Below, in pieces: positions 1 through 12,945 of a stretch of DNA of 64,000 nt; the first letter of the stretch is position 1, and each line of letters opens with the position of its first letter. The notes under the pieces are model-generated. The model worked only from the letters and a program-made list of their open reading frames with translations. It was not told the origin of the DNA and searched no databases. The translations under genes were made by a program, and so were the position numbers. This DNA is from Eledone cirrhosa (taxonomy: Eukaryota): NCBI GenBank assembly GCA_964016885.1, contig OZ024741.1, positions 198,958,001 through 199,022,000 of the forward strand, in the 5' to 3' direction.

Positions 1-718
<718 letters not shown>

Positions 719-2737
719 AGAAAAACACTCATCAGAAAAACACTCATCAGAAAAATTAAGAGAACGAACAAAAAAATCAACAAGCTGAAATACTGTCAGC
801 AGCAACACATCAACTTGACTGCCATTTCATCACTAGAGATTAAAAAACATAACCTCCAAAACAACATAATGTCCCTCATCAACAATCAGAGAAGAGCTGA
901 AGAGGCCTGGGCCATTGAGAAGATCAAACTCAATCCCAAAGTGTTCTTTTCATTTGCAAAAAAACACAAAATCACTGGCTCTACTGTTGGCCCTCTAATT
1001 GATGAAAATGGCACTCTTCAAGACAATGCTAAAACCATGGGTGAGATACTGCAGAAACAATACTGCTCTGTTTTCAGCAATCCTGATATGGCCGATCTGG
1101 GCTGTATCGGCGATGTTACTCCCCATTACACCTTATCGGACATAACGTTTGGCGCCCCTGATGTCTTGGCGGCAATAAAGGAAATCAAGCATAATTCAGC
1201 AGTAGGTCCCGATAGGTTCCCTGCTTGTGTCTTGAAGGCGTGTCAACACCAACTTGCTTCTCCTCTTGCCAATCTGTGGCGGAACTCACTGGATGCTGGA
1301 TATGTGCCAGAAAACCTTCTATCCCAGTCTGTTGTCCCAGTTTTCAAAAAGGGAAACAAATCCCTTGCCGTGAATTACCGTCCAATCTCACTCACCTCTC
1401 ATATCATTAAGGTATTTGAGCGAGTGGTGAGATCGCGAATGACCCACTTCCTTGAGAGTAACAATATGCTGAACTCCAACCAGCATGGATTCCGTAATGG
1501 AAGGGATTGCCTGACGCAACTACTGCATCACTTTGATGACATTTTGAGAGCCTTGGGAGAGGGTTCCAACACTGATGTTATCTACCTTGATTTCAGCAAG
1601 GCCTTTGACAGGGTTGATCATAACATTCTACTGAGAAAGCTGTCCAATATTGGTGTCACTGGAAAGCTGCTGCAGTGGATCAAGAGCTTCCTGTCAAACA
1701 GAACCCAACATGTTGTAGTTGAGGGAGTCAAATCAAGCCCAGCCAAAGTCAGTAGTGGAGTCCCACAAGGCACTGTGTTGGGCCCACTTCTCTTCATCAT
1801 CTATATTAATGACATCACTGACATCATCAAACACAGCAACATTAAAATTTTCGCTGATGATTCCAAGCTCCAAAAGGTCATCAATGGCGTGGATGACCGG
1901 ATAAGCCTTCAGTCAGACCTACTGGCTGTTACCCAATGGGCAGAAAAGAACAACATGCTACTGAACGAAGACAAATTCGAACTGATCCACTTTGGAAAAG
2001 AGGATGCTCTGAAACTCCCGTACTCCCTTCCCTCCGGGGAAACTCTCGTGGCATCTAACAACATCAGAGACTTGGGAGTAACCGTGGACAGCAACATAAG
2101 CTGGACCACGCATATAAGCAGCAAAGTTGACATGGCCCGCAGAATGTGTTCCTGGATCCTCAGAACCTTCCAGTCGAGAGATTCCCGCACCATTATCCTT
2201 CTCTTCTCTACTTTCGCCCGACCACACCTTGAATACTGTTGTCCACTGTGGTCTCCCCACACGAAACAAAGTATCATGAAACTTGAAGCTCCTCAAAGGG
2301 CAATCACGAAAAAGATAGATGGCATGTCAGACCTTGACTACTGGGGTCGATTGGAAAACCTGAAACTTTACTCACTCCAACGTCGCCGTGAGCGTTATAT
2401 TATCTGCATGATGTGGAAAATGTTCCATCATCACTGCCCAAATGATGTTGGCATCGCCTTCAAGATACACCCAAGGCTTGGGCCCCGTGCTATCCGTCCC
2501 ATTCAAAAATCTAAATCGCAACTCATAACAACAATACGGCACAATTATTTCACCTCAATCGGCCCTGCTCTCTTCAACATCACACCAGGACACGTCAAAA
2601 CAGAAACTGACCACACAAAATTCAAGAAGTCTTTGGACAAATTCCTCCAAGTAATCCCGGACAAACCACCCACACCCGGATATGTCTCCGCAAACAGTAA
2701 TTCTCTTCTCGAATGGGCCATGGTGCCCAAATCCTGA
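719..2737 (+). CDS. Partial LINE ORF2 reverse transcriptase (CR1-like), N-terminally truncated
   Basis: Motifs [62 protein letters not shown]; no internal stops. Confidence 0.9.
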   Translation, partial: RKTLIRKTLIRKIKRTNKKINKLKYCQQQHINLTAISSLEIKKHNLQNNIMSLINNQRRAEEAWAIEKIKLNPKVFFSFAKKHKITGSTVGPLIDENGTLQDNAKTMGEILQKQYCSVFSNPDMADLGCIGDVTPHYTLSDITFGAPDVLAAIKEIKHNSAVGPDRFPACVLKACQHQLASPLANLWRNSLDAGYVPENLLSQSVVPVFKKGNKSLAVNYRPISLTSHIIKVFERVVRSRMTHFLESNNMLNSNQHGFRNGRDCLTQLLHHFDDILRALGEGSNTDVIYLDFSKAFDRVDHNILLRKLSNIGVTGKLLQWIKSFLSNRTQHVVVEGVKSSPAKVSSGVPQGTVLGPLLFIIYINDITDIIKHSNIKIFADDSKLQKVINGVDDRISLQSDLLAVTQWAEKNNMLLNEDKFELIHFGKEDALKLPYSLPSGETLVASNNIRDLGVTVDSNISWTTHISSKVDMARRMCSWILRTFQSRDSRTIILLFSTFARPHLEYCCPLWSPHTKQSIMKLEAPQRAITKKIDGMSDLDYWGRLENLKLYSLQRRRERYIICMMWKMFHHHCPNDVGIAFKIHPRLGPRAIRPIQKSKSQLITTIRHNYFTSIGPALFNITPGHVKTETDHTKFKKSLDKFLQVIPDKPPTPGYVSANSNSLLEWAMVPKS

Positions 2738-2816
2738 ATTGAAAGACTTCGCCAGGTGGTGCTATTAAGTTAGACATGGCCTGGGCCAATACTGGCCAAA
2801 ACATTTCAAAGTTATT
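719..2816 (+). mobile_element. 5'-truncated CR1-group non-LTR retrotransposon (LINE)
   Basis: Open RT-containing frame to 2737, short 3' UTR, microsatellite on both sides, no APE domain retained. Confidence 0.9.
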
Positions 2817-3287
2817 ATGTGTATATATGTATATATATATATATATATGTGTATATGTATATATATATATATATATATATGTGTATATGTATATATATGT
2901 GTATATGTATATATATATATATATGTGTATATGTATATATATGTATATATGTATATATATATATATATGTGTATATGTATATATATGTATATATGTATAT
3001 GTATATATGTATATATATATATATATGTGTATATGTATATATATGTATATATGTATATATATGTGTATTTATGTATATATATATATGTGTATATATGTAT
3101 ATATATATATATATATGTGTATATATGTATATATATATATATATATATGTGTATATGTATATATATGTATATATGTATATATATGTATGTATATATATGT
3201 ATATATATGTATATATATATATATATATATATGTGTATATGTATATATATGTATATATGTATATATATGTATGTATATATATGTATA

Positions 3288-3321
<34 letters not shown>

Positions 3322-3399
3322 TATATGTATATATATGTATATATGTATATATATGTATATATGTATATATGTATATATATGTATGTATATATATGTATA

Positions 3400-3433
<34 letters not shown>

Positions 3434-4251
3434 TATATGTATATATATGTATATATGTATATATATGTATATATGTATATATATATATATATGTGTATAT
3501 GTATATATATGTATATATGTATATATATGTATATATATGTATATATATGTATATATATGTATGTATATATATGTATATATATGTATATATGTATATATAT
3601 GTATATATATGTATGTATATATATGTATATATATATATATATATATATGTGTATATGTATATATATGTATATATGTATGTATATATATGTATATATGTAT
3701 GTATATATATGTATATATGTATATATATGTATATATATGTATATATATATATATATGTGTATATGTATATATATGTATATATATATATATATGTGTATAT
3801 GTATATATATATGTGTATATGTATATATATGTGTATATGTATATATATGTGTATATGTATATATATGTGTATATGTATATATATATATATATGTGTATAT
3901 ATATATATATGTGTATATGTATATATATGTGTATATGTATATATATATATATATGTGTATATATATATATATCTGTATATGTATATATATGTGTATATGT
4001 ATATATATGTATATATATGTGTATATGTATATATATGTATATATATGTGTATATGTATATATATGTGTATATGTGTGTATATGTATATATATGTGTATAT
4101 GTATATATATGTATATATATATATGTGTATATGTGTGTATATATATATATATGTGTATATGTATATATATGTATATATATATATATATGTGTATATGTAT
4201 ATATATGTATATATATGTATATATATATATGTGTGTATATATATATATGTG

Positions 4252-4284
<33 letters not shown>

Positions 4285-4302
4285 GTGTATATATATATAT
4301 AT
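2817..4302. repeat. (TA)n/ATGT microsatellite array
   Basis: Direct reading; same variant units as 1-718. Confidence 0.98.
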
Positions 4303-4404
4303 AAAAGGAACGATCGACTTTCGTCAAATCGGACCGAGGGAACAATGTTTCCGTTGGTCTTTCCAATTGCTAATACTATCTATCGGTTGCAACTCCAGGT
4401 AGAA

Positions 4405-4524
4405 GGAGCAACGTGAAATAAAGTGTCTTGCTCAAGGACATAACGCATTGCCTGGTCCAGGAATCGAACTCACAACCTCACGATTGCGAATCCAATTCTC
4501 TAACCACTCAGCCACACGCCTTCA
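4405..4524 (-). mobile_element. tRNA-derived CORE-type SINE, 5' part
   Basis: Minus strand has A box TGGCTGAGTGG, B box GTTCGATTCC, then CORE-like TGTCCTTGAGCAAGACACTT. Confidence 0.8.
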
Positions 4525-4613
4525 TGTATATATATGTATATATGTGTATATGTGTATATGTATATATATATATGTATATATGTGTATATGTATATATATA
4601 TATGTATACATAT

Positions 4614-5080
4614 TCCAAGACAATGTCACTGGACCGAGACCTTTGGCGGTACTCAGTAACAGAGAAGACCCGCCTTACCTAAATATATAGTAAAACCTAC
4701 TACAACCAGTAGGCATCTCTAACAAAATACCCCCCCCCCCCCCCGTCCCACCACCCCCACCCCATCCACGCCACCCCGTTCTATGTAAAGTTGTGTTGGT
4801 GCCACACCATCCAGGCCGAAACAAATGAGATCGTGTAGGTGTCACGACAAAAAACACACAGTCCACGCTGTAATGTGGCCGTGTAGGCAACAGGGTAAAA
4901 ACCTCCCAGACCCACACTGTAAATGTGGTTGGTGTTAGGAAGGGCATCCAGCTGTAGAAAACCTGCCAGACAGTCCTATGCGAGCAAGACAATCACTCTT
5001 GCCTCAAGTGGGACTACCCCCGTCCAAACCCATGCAAGCGTGGAACACGGACGTTAAACGTTGATGATGATGATGATGAT
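4614..5080 (+). mobile_element. RTE family-1 LINE 3' fragment
   Basis: Near-identical to 9170-9633 (SKTMSLDRDLW...TRLT* plus 3' UTR), ends in (GAT)n. Confidence 0.95.
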
Positions 5081-5219
5081 ATATGTATATATGTGTATAT
5101 GTATATATATATATGTATATATGTGTATATGTATATATATATATGTGTATATGTATATATATATATGTATATATGTGTATATGTATATATATATATGTAT
5201 ATATGTGTATATGTATATA

Positions 5220-5250
<31 letters not shown>

Positions 5251-5252
<2 letters not shown>

Positions 5253-5512
5253 TTTCTGTTCCTATTAAGTGCTAAATACGTTTAGGTTTTTGGACGTATT
5301 TAACTGAACAAATTTTGTATTTTTGTTAATCGCTTGTTAAATGCATAGACAAATCTCAATCATTACCTTCTTGCTAGCTATTTTCAAACCTTAATTCCTA
5401 ACGTATTTTCAAACCCCAAAAAAAAGCAAAATCCTTTCCTTCTTCCTTCTTCGAAGGCACGGGGCGGTCAAACGCCTAACACCCACAGCCATCATGTGGC
5501 CCCCTACCCTCG

Positions 5513-5549
<37 letters not shown>

Positions 5550-5839
5550 AATATATGATAGGAATTCACTTCGCCAAATTTCATTTCTTTGCCTGCTGTC
5601 CGAACGAAAATCATGTAAACGTAAGGTACAGACTTCATCTCTCTCTCCTCTCTCTCTCTCATTTCGTATTTCAAGTCCAAATAGCCATTCTATCGCTAAA
5701 ACAAACTACATTTTCTGTTCCTATTAAGTGCTAAATACGTTTAGGTTTTTGGACGTATTTAACTGAACAAATTTTGTATTTTTGTTAATCGCTTGTTAAA
5801 TGCATAGACAAATCTCAATCATTACCTTCTTGCTAGCTA
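5251..5839 (+). repeat. Perfect 130-bp direct repeat (5251-5380 and 5710-5839) at RTE-1 5' end
   Basis: ATTTTCTGTTCC...TTGCTAGCTA occurs twice. Confidence 0.95.
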
Positions 5840-6007
5840 CCCAACACCCCTCCCTCCCACCCCCACACGCCACCATTGCTATTACGTGGACCAATCATAA
5901 AACAGCCCCCACGTATCACCAGTATTATTACGCGGACCAATCAGAAACCAGAGGCCTATACTATCGCTTGCCTGGTTGCCTTTCGATATACGATATATGA
6001 TGGATGG

Positions 6008-9000
6008 ATGGACTGCGGAATCCTGGAGAGTGGAGGTGAGAGAGAAAAATCTGGACGCTCAGCGACAATGCCAAAGATAAAGACAAATTCACCCCTTGGA
6101 CGAGAATGCGAGCACTCCTCATTGTTTCGACCGCGGACGGCTAACATAACACCATCGCCCCCCGCCCCTCACCGCCCCCAACCCCCAAACGCAATCCAAA
6201 ACTTCAGAGTTGGTACCATAAATGTAGGCACCCTAAAGGGTCGCGCTAACGAGGTTGTAGAAATGCTTGAACGTAAGGAGGTCGATGTTTGTTGTATTCA
6301 AGAGACCAGGTGGAGGGGTGGGTCTGCTAGGTTCATTGAGGGTAAAAAACGTTGTTATAAGCTTTTCTGGGTGGGAAACGACGATGGGCTGGGTGGAGTA
6401 GGAATCATGGTAGCAGAAAAGTGGGCAGATAAGATAATAGACGTAAATAGAGTGAACGACAGAATAATTAAAATACGACTTGTCCTCAATAGAACTACGG
6501 TGACAGTAATATCTGCGTACGCACCCCAATCCGGACTGCCCGGCACTATAAAAGACAGATTCTATGAGACACTGATGCTAACTACCTCCCAAATATCCGA
6601 CAGTGACTATATAATTATCGCAGGCGACCTAAATGGTCACGTTGGACAACATTGTGACGGCTACGACGAAATCCATGGAGGCTATGGGTTTGGTACTAGA
6701 AATGAGGAAGGCTCCAGAATCCTGGAATTCTGTGATGCAAATAACCTAACTATCTGTAACACTAACTTCAAAAAACGTGACAATCACCTGATCACCTATA
6801 GATCCGGGGAACACACAAGCCAGGTAGATTATATCCTTACCAGAAGACGTGACAGAGTGTCTGTTGTTAACACTAAATCCCTCCCCCATGAAGAATGCAC
6901 CTCCCAACATAGACTGATAATTAGCGACCTCATAGTCAGGACGAGACGTACTCGACAACAGAAGAGGACTATCCTCAGGAGGAAAATATGGAAGTTAAAG
7001 GACCCCACAGCCAGGAATAAATTTCAAAGCATATTACTTGATGCTTTCGACAGTAAGGAAGAACATTTAGAGTCGGACAATATAGAGGGAGAGTGGGAAT
7101 TTCTGAAAGCAAACCTGCTGTTGGCGACAGACGAGGTCTGTGGCTGGAGCAGGCCTGTAGGCAGGAGGAGAGTAACATGGTGGTGGAACAGTAAGGTGGA
7201 GGGGTCAATTAAGGCCAAAAAGCAGGCTTGGAAAGTATGGCGGGATGGGGGAAGTAGAGAGGACTATCAAGTGGCCAGGAGGGAAGCTAGGAGACAAGTG
7301 TACTTAGCAAGAAGGGAAGCTGAGGAAAGAAAGTTCAAGCATGTTCTACAACGCGATGACCAAAAACGTGAGGTGTTCAGGATTGCTAGGCAATGCGTCA
7401 AGGAAAACCGTGATATTGTCGGGGAGAAGTGTGTACTAAACGACGATGGCACACTTGCCATCACCGACGCTGATAAGAAGGTAGCTTGGAAGTGTCACTA
7501 TGAAAGGCTTCTAAATGAGGAGAATAATTGGGAGAAAGGCAGTCTCCCCCATATCGACCCAATAGAGGGACCAGCAGTGTTAGTCGAGGGGAGTATAATA
7601 AGTAAGGCAATCAAGGATATGAAGACTGGTAAGGCGGCTGGGCCTTCGGAAATAGTTGCTGAGATGCTGAAGGCATCTGGCACGGTGGGACACACCATGG
7701 TCACCCGCATAGTTAACCAAGTCGTACAAAACGGGGTTGTTCCGAAGGACTGGCATAGCAGCATCATCGTTAACTGTTATAAGGGTAAAGGAGACGCCCT
7801 AGATAGGAGTAACTATAGAGGCATTAAATTAATCGACCAGGTCATGAAGGTCACGGAAAGAGTAATAGCGCAGCTAATCAGAGAGAGAATTGACCTAGAT
7901 GAAATGCAGTTCGGGTTTGTGTCAGGCAAAAGTACCACAGACGCTCTTTTCATAGTACGACAACTACAAGAGAAGTACCTAGCTAAAGGTAAACCCCTCT
8001 ACTTAGCTTTTGTCGACTTGGAGAAAGCCTTCGACAGAGTCCCCCGCTCCATTATCTGGTGGGCTCTTAGAAAACTAGGCGTTGACGAATGGCTTGTGAG
8101 GGCTATACAAGCCATGTATAAAGAAACAGTCAGCAAGGTTAGAATTAACAACGAATATAGTGAAGAGTTTAGCGTAAAAGTCGGCGTCCATCAGGGCTCT
8201 GTTCTCAGTCCACTACTATTTATTATTGCCCTTCAGGCCATAACAGAGGAGTTCAAGACAGGCTGCCCATGGGAACTCCTATACGCAGACGACCTGACAC
8301 TCATAGCGGAATCAATGGCCGAGCTAGAGAAGAAATTCCAAACATGGAAGCACGGCCTAGAGTCAAAAGGACTTAAAATTAACCTGGCTAAGACCAAAGT
8401 ACTAGTTTGTAGGAAAGAAAACAAGGCGGCGGTCCCTTCTGGGAAATGGTCGTGCTCGGTGTGTAGGAAAGGCGTAGGTAGAAACTCCATTTTATGTCCT
8501 AAATGCAAAGTATGGGTGCATAAAAGATGTAGTGGGATCACAGGTAGGCTAACTAAGAACATAGATTTTACATGTGGCCGGTGCTCTGGTGCAATAAGTA
8601 GCAGCAAGTGCCCACAAACTACTAGCTCTTTCAATTGCGCAGAGGGTTCTATAGAAATAGTGGACAGCTTCCGTTACCTGGGCGATAAAATCAGCAGTGG
8701 GGGAGGGTGCTCTGAAAGTACTGTAGCTAGAGTCAGAACTGGTTGGAAAAAGTTCAGAGAGCTTATACCACTATTAGCTGCTAAAGGGTTCTCACTAAAA
8801 ATGAAAGGCAGGTTGTACGATGCCTGCATACGAACAGCAATGCTGCATGGCAGTGAGACCTGGGCATTGTGTGCAGAGGATATACGCAGACTAGAGAGGA
8901 ACGAAGCTTGCATGCTCCGCTGGATGTGTAACAGTAATATACGTGAACGGCAAAGCATAAACGAACTAAGGAATAAATTAGAGATAAGAGGGATCAGATG

Positions 9001-9238
9001 TTGTTTACTCGAGAGAAGGCTACGTTGGTATGGACACGTGATGCGCATGAAAGTCGATAGCTGTATAACAAAGTGCAGGGCAATAAAGATAGACGGTAGT
9101 CACGGAATAGGCAGACCTAGAAAAACCTGGGACGAGCTGATAAACTCCGACATCACACACTTACACCTCTCCAAGACAATGTCACTGGACCGAGACCTTT
9201 GGCGGTACTCAGTAACAGAGAAGACCCGCCTTACCTAA
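6008..9238 (+). CDS. RTE ORF: APE endonuclease + reverse transcriptase + PHD-like C4HC3 finger (start at ATG 6008 or 6068; frame open from 5876)
   Basis: GTINVG, QETRW, SAYAPQ, GDLNGH, DYIL, SQH (APE); NYRGIKL, FVDLEKAFD, GVHQGSVLSP, YADD (RT); CSVC..CPKC..H..C..CGRC; GRPRKTW. Confidence 0.93.
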   Translation: MDCGILESGGEREKSGRSATMPKIKTNSPLGRECEHSSLFRPRTANITPSPPAPHRPQPPNAIQNFRVGTINVGTLKGRANEVVEMLERKEVDVCCIQETRWRGGSARFIEGKKRCYKLFWVGNDDGLGGVGIMVAEKWADKIIDVNRVNDRIIKIRLVLNRTTVTVISAYAPQSGLPGTIKDRFYETLMLTTSQISDSDYIIIAGDLNGHVGQHCDGYDEIHGGYGFGTRNEEGSRILEFCDANNLTICNTNFKKRDNHLITYRSGEHTSQVDYILTRRRDRVSVVNTKSLPHEECTSQHRLIISDLIVRTRRTRQQKRTILRRKIWKLKDPTARNKFQSILLDAFDSKEEHLESDNIEGEWEFLKANLLLATDEVCGWSRPVGRRRVTWWWNSKVEGSIKAKKQAWKVWRDGGSREDYQVARREARRQVYLARREAEERKFKHVLQRDDQKREVFRIARQCVKENRDIVGEKCVLNDDGTLAITDADKKVAWKCHYERLLNEENNWEKGSLPHIDPIEGPAVLVEGSIISKAIKDMKTGKAAGPSEIVAEMLKASGTVGHTMVTRIVNQVVQNGVVPKDWHSSIIVNCYKGKGDALDRSNYRGIKLIDQVMKVTERVIAQLIRERIDLDEMQFGFVSGKSTTDALFIVRQLQEKYLAKGKPLYLAFVDLEKAFDRVPRSIIWWALRKLGVDEWLVRAIQAMYKETVSKVRINNEYSEEFSVKVGVHQGSVLSPLLFIIALQAITEEFKTGCPWELLYADDLTLIAESMAELEKKFQTWKHGLESKGLKINLAKTKVLVCRKENKAAVPSGKWSCSVCRKGVGRNSILCPKCKVWVHKRCSGITGRLTKNIDFTCGRCSGAISSSKCPQTTSSFNCAEGSIEIVDSFRYLGDKISSGGGCSESTVARVRTGWKKFRELIPLLAAKGFSLKMKGRLYDACIRTAMLHGSETWALCAEDIRRLERNEACMLRWMCNSNIRERQSINELRNKLEIRGIRCCLLERRLRWYGHVMRMKVDSCITKCRAIKIDGSHGIGRPRKTWDELINSDITHLHLSKTMSLDRDLWRYSVTEKTRLT

Positions 9239-9697
9239 ATATATAGTAAAACCTACTCCAGCCAGTAGGCATCTCTAACAAATACACCCCGTCCCACCAC
9301 CCCCACCCGATCCACACCACCCCGTTCTATGTAAAGTTATGTTGGTGCCGCGCCATCGAGGCCGAAACAAATGAGATCGTGTAGGTGTCACGACAAAAAA
9401 ACACACAGTCCACGCTGTAATGTGGCCGTGTAGGCAACACGGTAAAAACCTCCCAGACCCACACTGTAAATGTGGTTGGTGTTAGGAAGGGCATCCAACT
9501 GTAGAAAACCTGCCAGACAGTCCTATGCGAGCAAGACAATCACTCTTGCCTCAAGTGGGACTACCCCCGTCCAAACCCATGCAAGCGTGGAACACGGACG
9601 TTAAACGCTGATGATGATGATGATGATGATGATATATATATCACTCTGTTTCTTCCCATGCATAGAGTACTAATCTGATTTGTGGTCTTGGTACCGC

Positions 9698-9734
<37 letters not shown>

Positions 9735-9735
<1 letters not shown>

Positions 9736-10476
9736 TCGTTTTCACATCAGTTTTTTTTTAATGCTTGCATAGGTTAAATGAGTTCTCTCCAGTACCTGAT
9801 CTTTCTGCATGTCTCATTCCCCTGGCAAGTCCTTTGTGCGACTCTATTTCTTGAGGTTAGCTTTCACAATTCTGTCCACGTTTTTCCGTCCACTTGGAAC
9901 ATTTGACACTTCTTTACCCAATAGTTATCATCCAATATGTATTACATACCGCCACAACCTTTTTTCCTGTACATTGTATCTGATTCCATTCATGCCTAAT
10001 TTTTCTCTCAGTTCAGCTGCTCTTTGAAATTCTTGCTCATGTACATTACTCGTCCATCAGGACATGCATAGCCTTCTCTCTTTCTCTGTATTTAGACCCA
10101 TAACTCACTACTGTGTAAGATTGCACTTCTCACTCAGGCATCATACAATCTACCCTTCATTCAGAGAGAGAGAGAGAGAGAGAATTCTTTTGTTGCCAAC
10201 AGAGGTAATAGCTTCCTGAACTTTTTTCCACCCAGTTTTTATTCTCGATACTATGACATGACACTGTAAAGTGGTCAAGTAGGTGTCATGACAAAAAGCA
10301 CCCAGCACACACTGTAAATGTAGTTGGCGGTAAGAAGGGCACCCAGCTGTAGAAACGAAGCCAAAATTTGCTCCGGGTCAGCTAAACATGGTCTTCTGAC
10401 CAGTTTTTTTCCTAAGGGTCTATCCGTCCTACCCATGAATGATGGATGCTAATCGACGAGGTTGATGATATATTTA

Positions 10477-10523
<47 letters not shown>

Positions 10524-11700
10524 TATATGTATGTGCTCGCAAATATATATATCATTATCATGATATGTGCATGTATATATATATATATATATATGTATAT
10601 TATGCTGGTACCACAAAACATCCAGCCCACACTGTAAAGTGATTGTATAGGTGTCACGGCAAAAAGCACCCAGCACACACTGTCAATGTGGTTGGCATTA
10701 AGAAAGGCATCCAATCGTAGAAAACCAGCCAGAAACACTCCTATATGAGTGAGACACGGTCACCCGACACAACCTCTAAATGGGACACAAACCAGTCTAA
10801 CCCATACTAGCGTAGAAGATAGACGTTAATTAATGATGATGATGATGATGCTTTGAGAGCAACCATTTTCGCAGTTCATAATGTTTCTTAGTTAACAGAA
10901 GCTATCAGCCACTTCTACAGAACCTTCCTTGGATTAGAAAAATTTAATTCACTGGTACTCCTATTAATGTGCACCTGACACATACAAAGTCTACCTTTTC
11001 TGATTGTCTGCCTGCAATCCTACTACATCTCTTGTGCACCCGTATTTTACATATTAAGTGCATCGCATACCGAGCATGGCCAATTTCCTGATGGTATCAG
11101 GGTCATGTCTTCTTTCCTACTTATTCAAATTAAGTTTATTCTGAGACCATTTGGATTCTAAGTTCTGTTTCCTTAATAGGAACTGTAGCTGTAAGAACCA
11201 GGTGGTCTTCATACAAAAGTTCCCATGGACAACTGGTTTTAAATTCCTCTGTAATAGCTTAGAGCTGTATGATAAACAGAAGTGGGATGAGGACTAAGCC
11301 TTGATCCACATCTATCTACACACTAAATCTTTTACCAAACTCGGTACCAACACTCAATTTACTGACAGCATCTTTCTACATAGCTTGCACTGTTCCCACA
11401 AGCCATTAAACTTTGCCTATCAAACTAAACATGGTATTCCGTGAAAGTCCTTCTCTAAATCAACAAATGCTAGGTGTAGTGGTTTACTGTTGGCTAGGAA
11501 ATTCTTGCAGTTGTCTCACCAAGAAGAAAGTTATTTTCTCTCCTGGTCCGGATCCAATTTGCATCTCATCTAATCTAATTTTTTTTTGTAATTAGTTGTG
11601 CTAAAGCTCTCTCTTTCTATTATTTTAATAACCCAATTCATCACTTTGATGACTCTGTAATTGCTCTGTTCTACAACAGTTAATGATGGCATTGCTATGT
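9735..11700 (-). pseudogene. Old degraded RTE LINE (RT to C-terminus), split by a nested insertion at 10256-10850
   Basis: Minus-strand remnants of GWKKFRxLLPLL, VHKRC, AITEEFKTxCPWE and the 3' end; many frameshifts. Confidence 0.75.
10256..10850 (+). mobile_element. Two tandem RTE-3'UTR fragments separated by a microsatellite
   Basis: CACACTGTAAA...GAAGGGCATCC motifs, (GAT)n tail. Confidence 0.75.
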
Positions 11701-12293
11701 CAATCATCGGGTATGTATTTAGCTAGAAGCAAAGAATATTACAGTAGGAAAATAATTTGAGAGTAAGATAGTGAATATATAGCACTCTAGAATTAGTTTA
11801 TTAATTAAACTGTTTTATCAGTTCACTCATGATCATTTCTCTAACTGCATAAAATCTCTCTATTTTTATATAATTAGTGCATTTTATGGTGCATGCAACT
11901 AGAGGGATGGTTTTAGTTGGATGCAGTCTGGTTTCTATAAATTGGAATATGTTTTTAGTAATGCCCTTTTGAGGATTAAAATCACTCTACTGATCGTACA
12001 ACTGCTCTTGGATAATTTTGCAATGTCTTTTGACACAGTTCTTAATTCTACTTGTCTTAGATTGGAAGATAAATCTGGAAAAATCACAGCAGGAGCCCCC
12101 CCCCCCCCCCCCATCAAAGAAAGACCAACTAAGATGATCAGCTTTCACTAATGGTAAAATCACCCATTGATGTACTAAATCTTTCTCTTCTTCAATTATG
12201 TTCCCTCTCCCCTGAAGAGTTTGGGGACTTCTCATTTCAAACAATGTCTGGCACTTATTTTCATAGTTTTATTTATTGGGAGATGTTCTTGGG

Positions 12294-12585
12294 CCCAATT
12301 CCTTGTTCACACACAGTTTCTTTTGGTGAAACCAGTGTAGGGAGCCCAATTCCTTGATCCCATGCAAATCTTTTTGCAAAATCACAGAAGTGGAGGTCCA
12401 ATTTCTTGCCCATGCACAGATTGCTTTGTGAAAACACAGTAGGTGTCCCCATTTTTTTTGCGCATGCACAGAGTTTTTGTGACACCACAGTTGGATGTCC
12501 AATTTCTTTGCTTATGCACAAATTCTGTAGAACCACAGTAGGGGTCCCCAATTCCTTACCCATGCACACTTTTTTTGTGAAACTA
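12294..12585. repeat. Degenerate ~50-bp minisatellite, about 6 units
   Basis: CCCAATTCCTT..CATGCAC..TTTGTGAAACCACAGTAGG recurs at 12294, 12345, 12398, 12448, 12499, 12547. Confidence 0.75.
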
Positions 12586-12769
12586 GAGTTGATACTTCTG
12601 CTCATCAGTTGAGAATGGATTATTTTACCTGAGACAGGCTTAAGAAGGTTGTCTATACAGACCTCATCAAGACCTTGTCAATAGAGCATTAACATTTTTT
12701 TAAAAAAGAAGCAGACACCTCACCCCACACTAATCCACTGCACTCTTGGGTACACCTCGCTGATGTACC

Positions 12770-12945
12770 AGCACTACCACTCTGTAAGTGGTAGGGTTGG
12801 TGCAATGAAAAATGCACTCAGTACACTCTGTAAAGTGGTTGGCATTAGGAATGGCATCCAACTGTAGAAACCATGACAAAAATGGAACTTATGAGTATAC
12901 TGCAGTTCAACCCACCAAACTGACTTAATATGATGTTGATGATTA
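12770..12945 (+). mobile_element. Degraded RTE-type 3' tail fragment
   Basis: ACACTCTGTAAAGTGGTTGGCATTAGGAATGGCATCC motif, GAT-like tail. Confidence 0.6.

Larger units (their letters stand above)
5251..9633 (+). mobile_element. Full-length RTE-clade LINE (family 1), apparently intact
   Basis: 5' leader with 130-bp direct repeat, single long ORF, ~400-bp 3' UTR, (GAT)n tail, TA flanks. Confidence 0.93.

Noticed and set aside
5251-5839. LTR retrotransposon or TRIM interpretation of the 130-bp repeats
   Set aside because: No TG..CA termini, PBS or PPT; the repeats lie only at the 5' end of a (GAT)n-tailed RTE
6233-9048. Antisense ORFs within RTE-1 (likewise RTE-2 and CR1)
   Set aside because: Shadow frames of the LINE coding strand with no recognisable motifs
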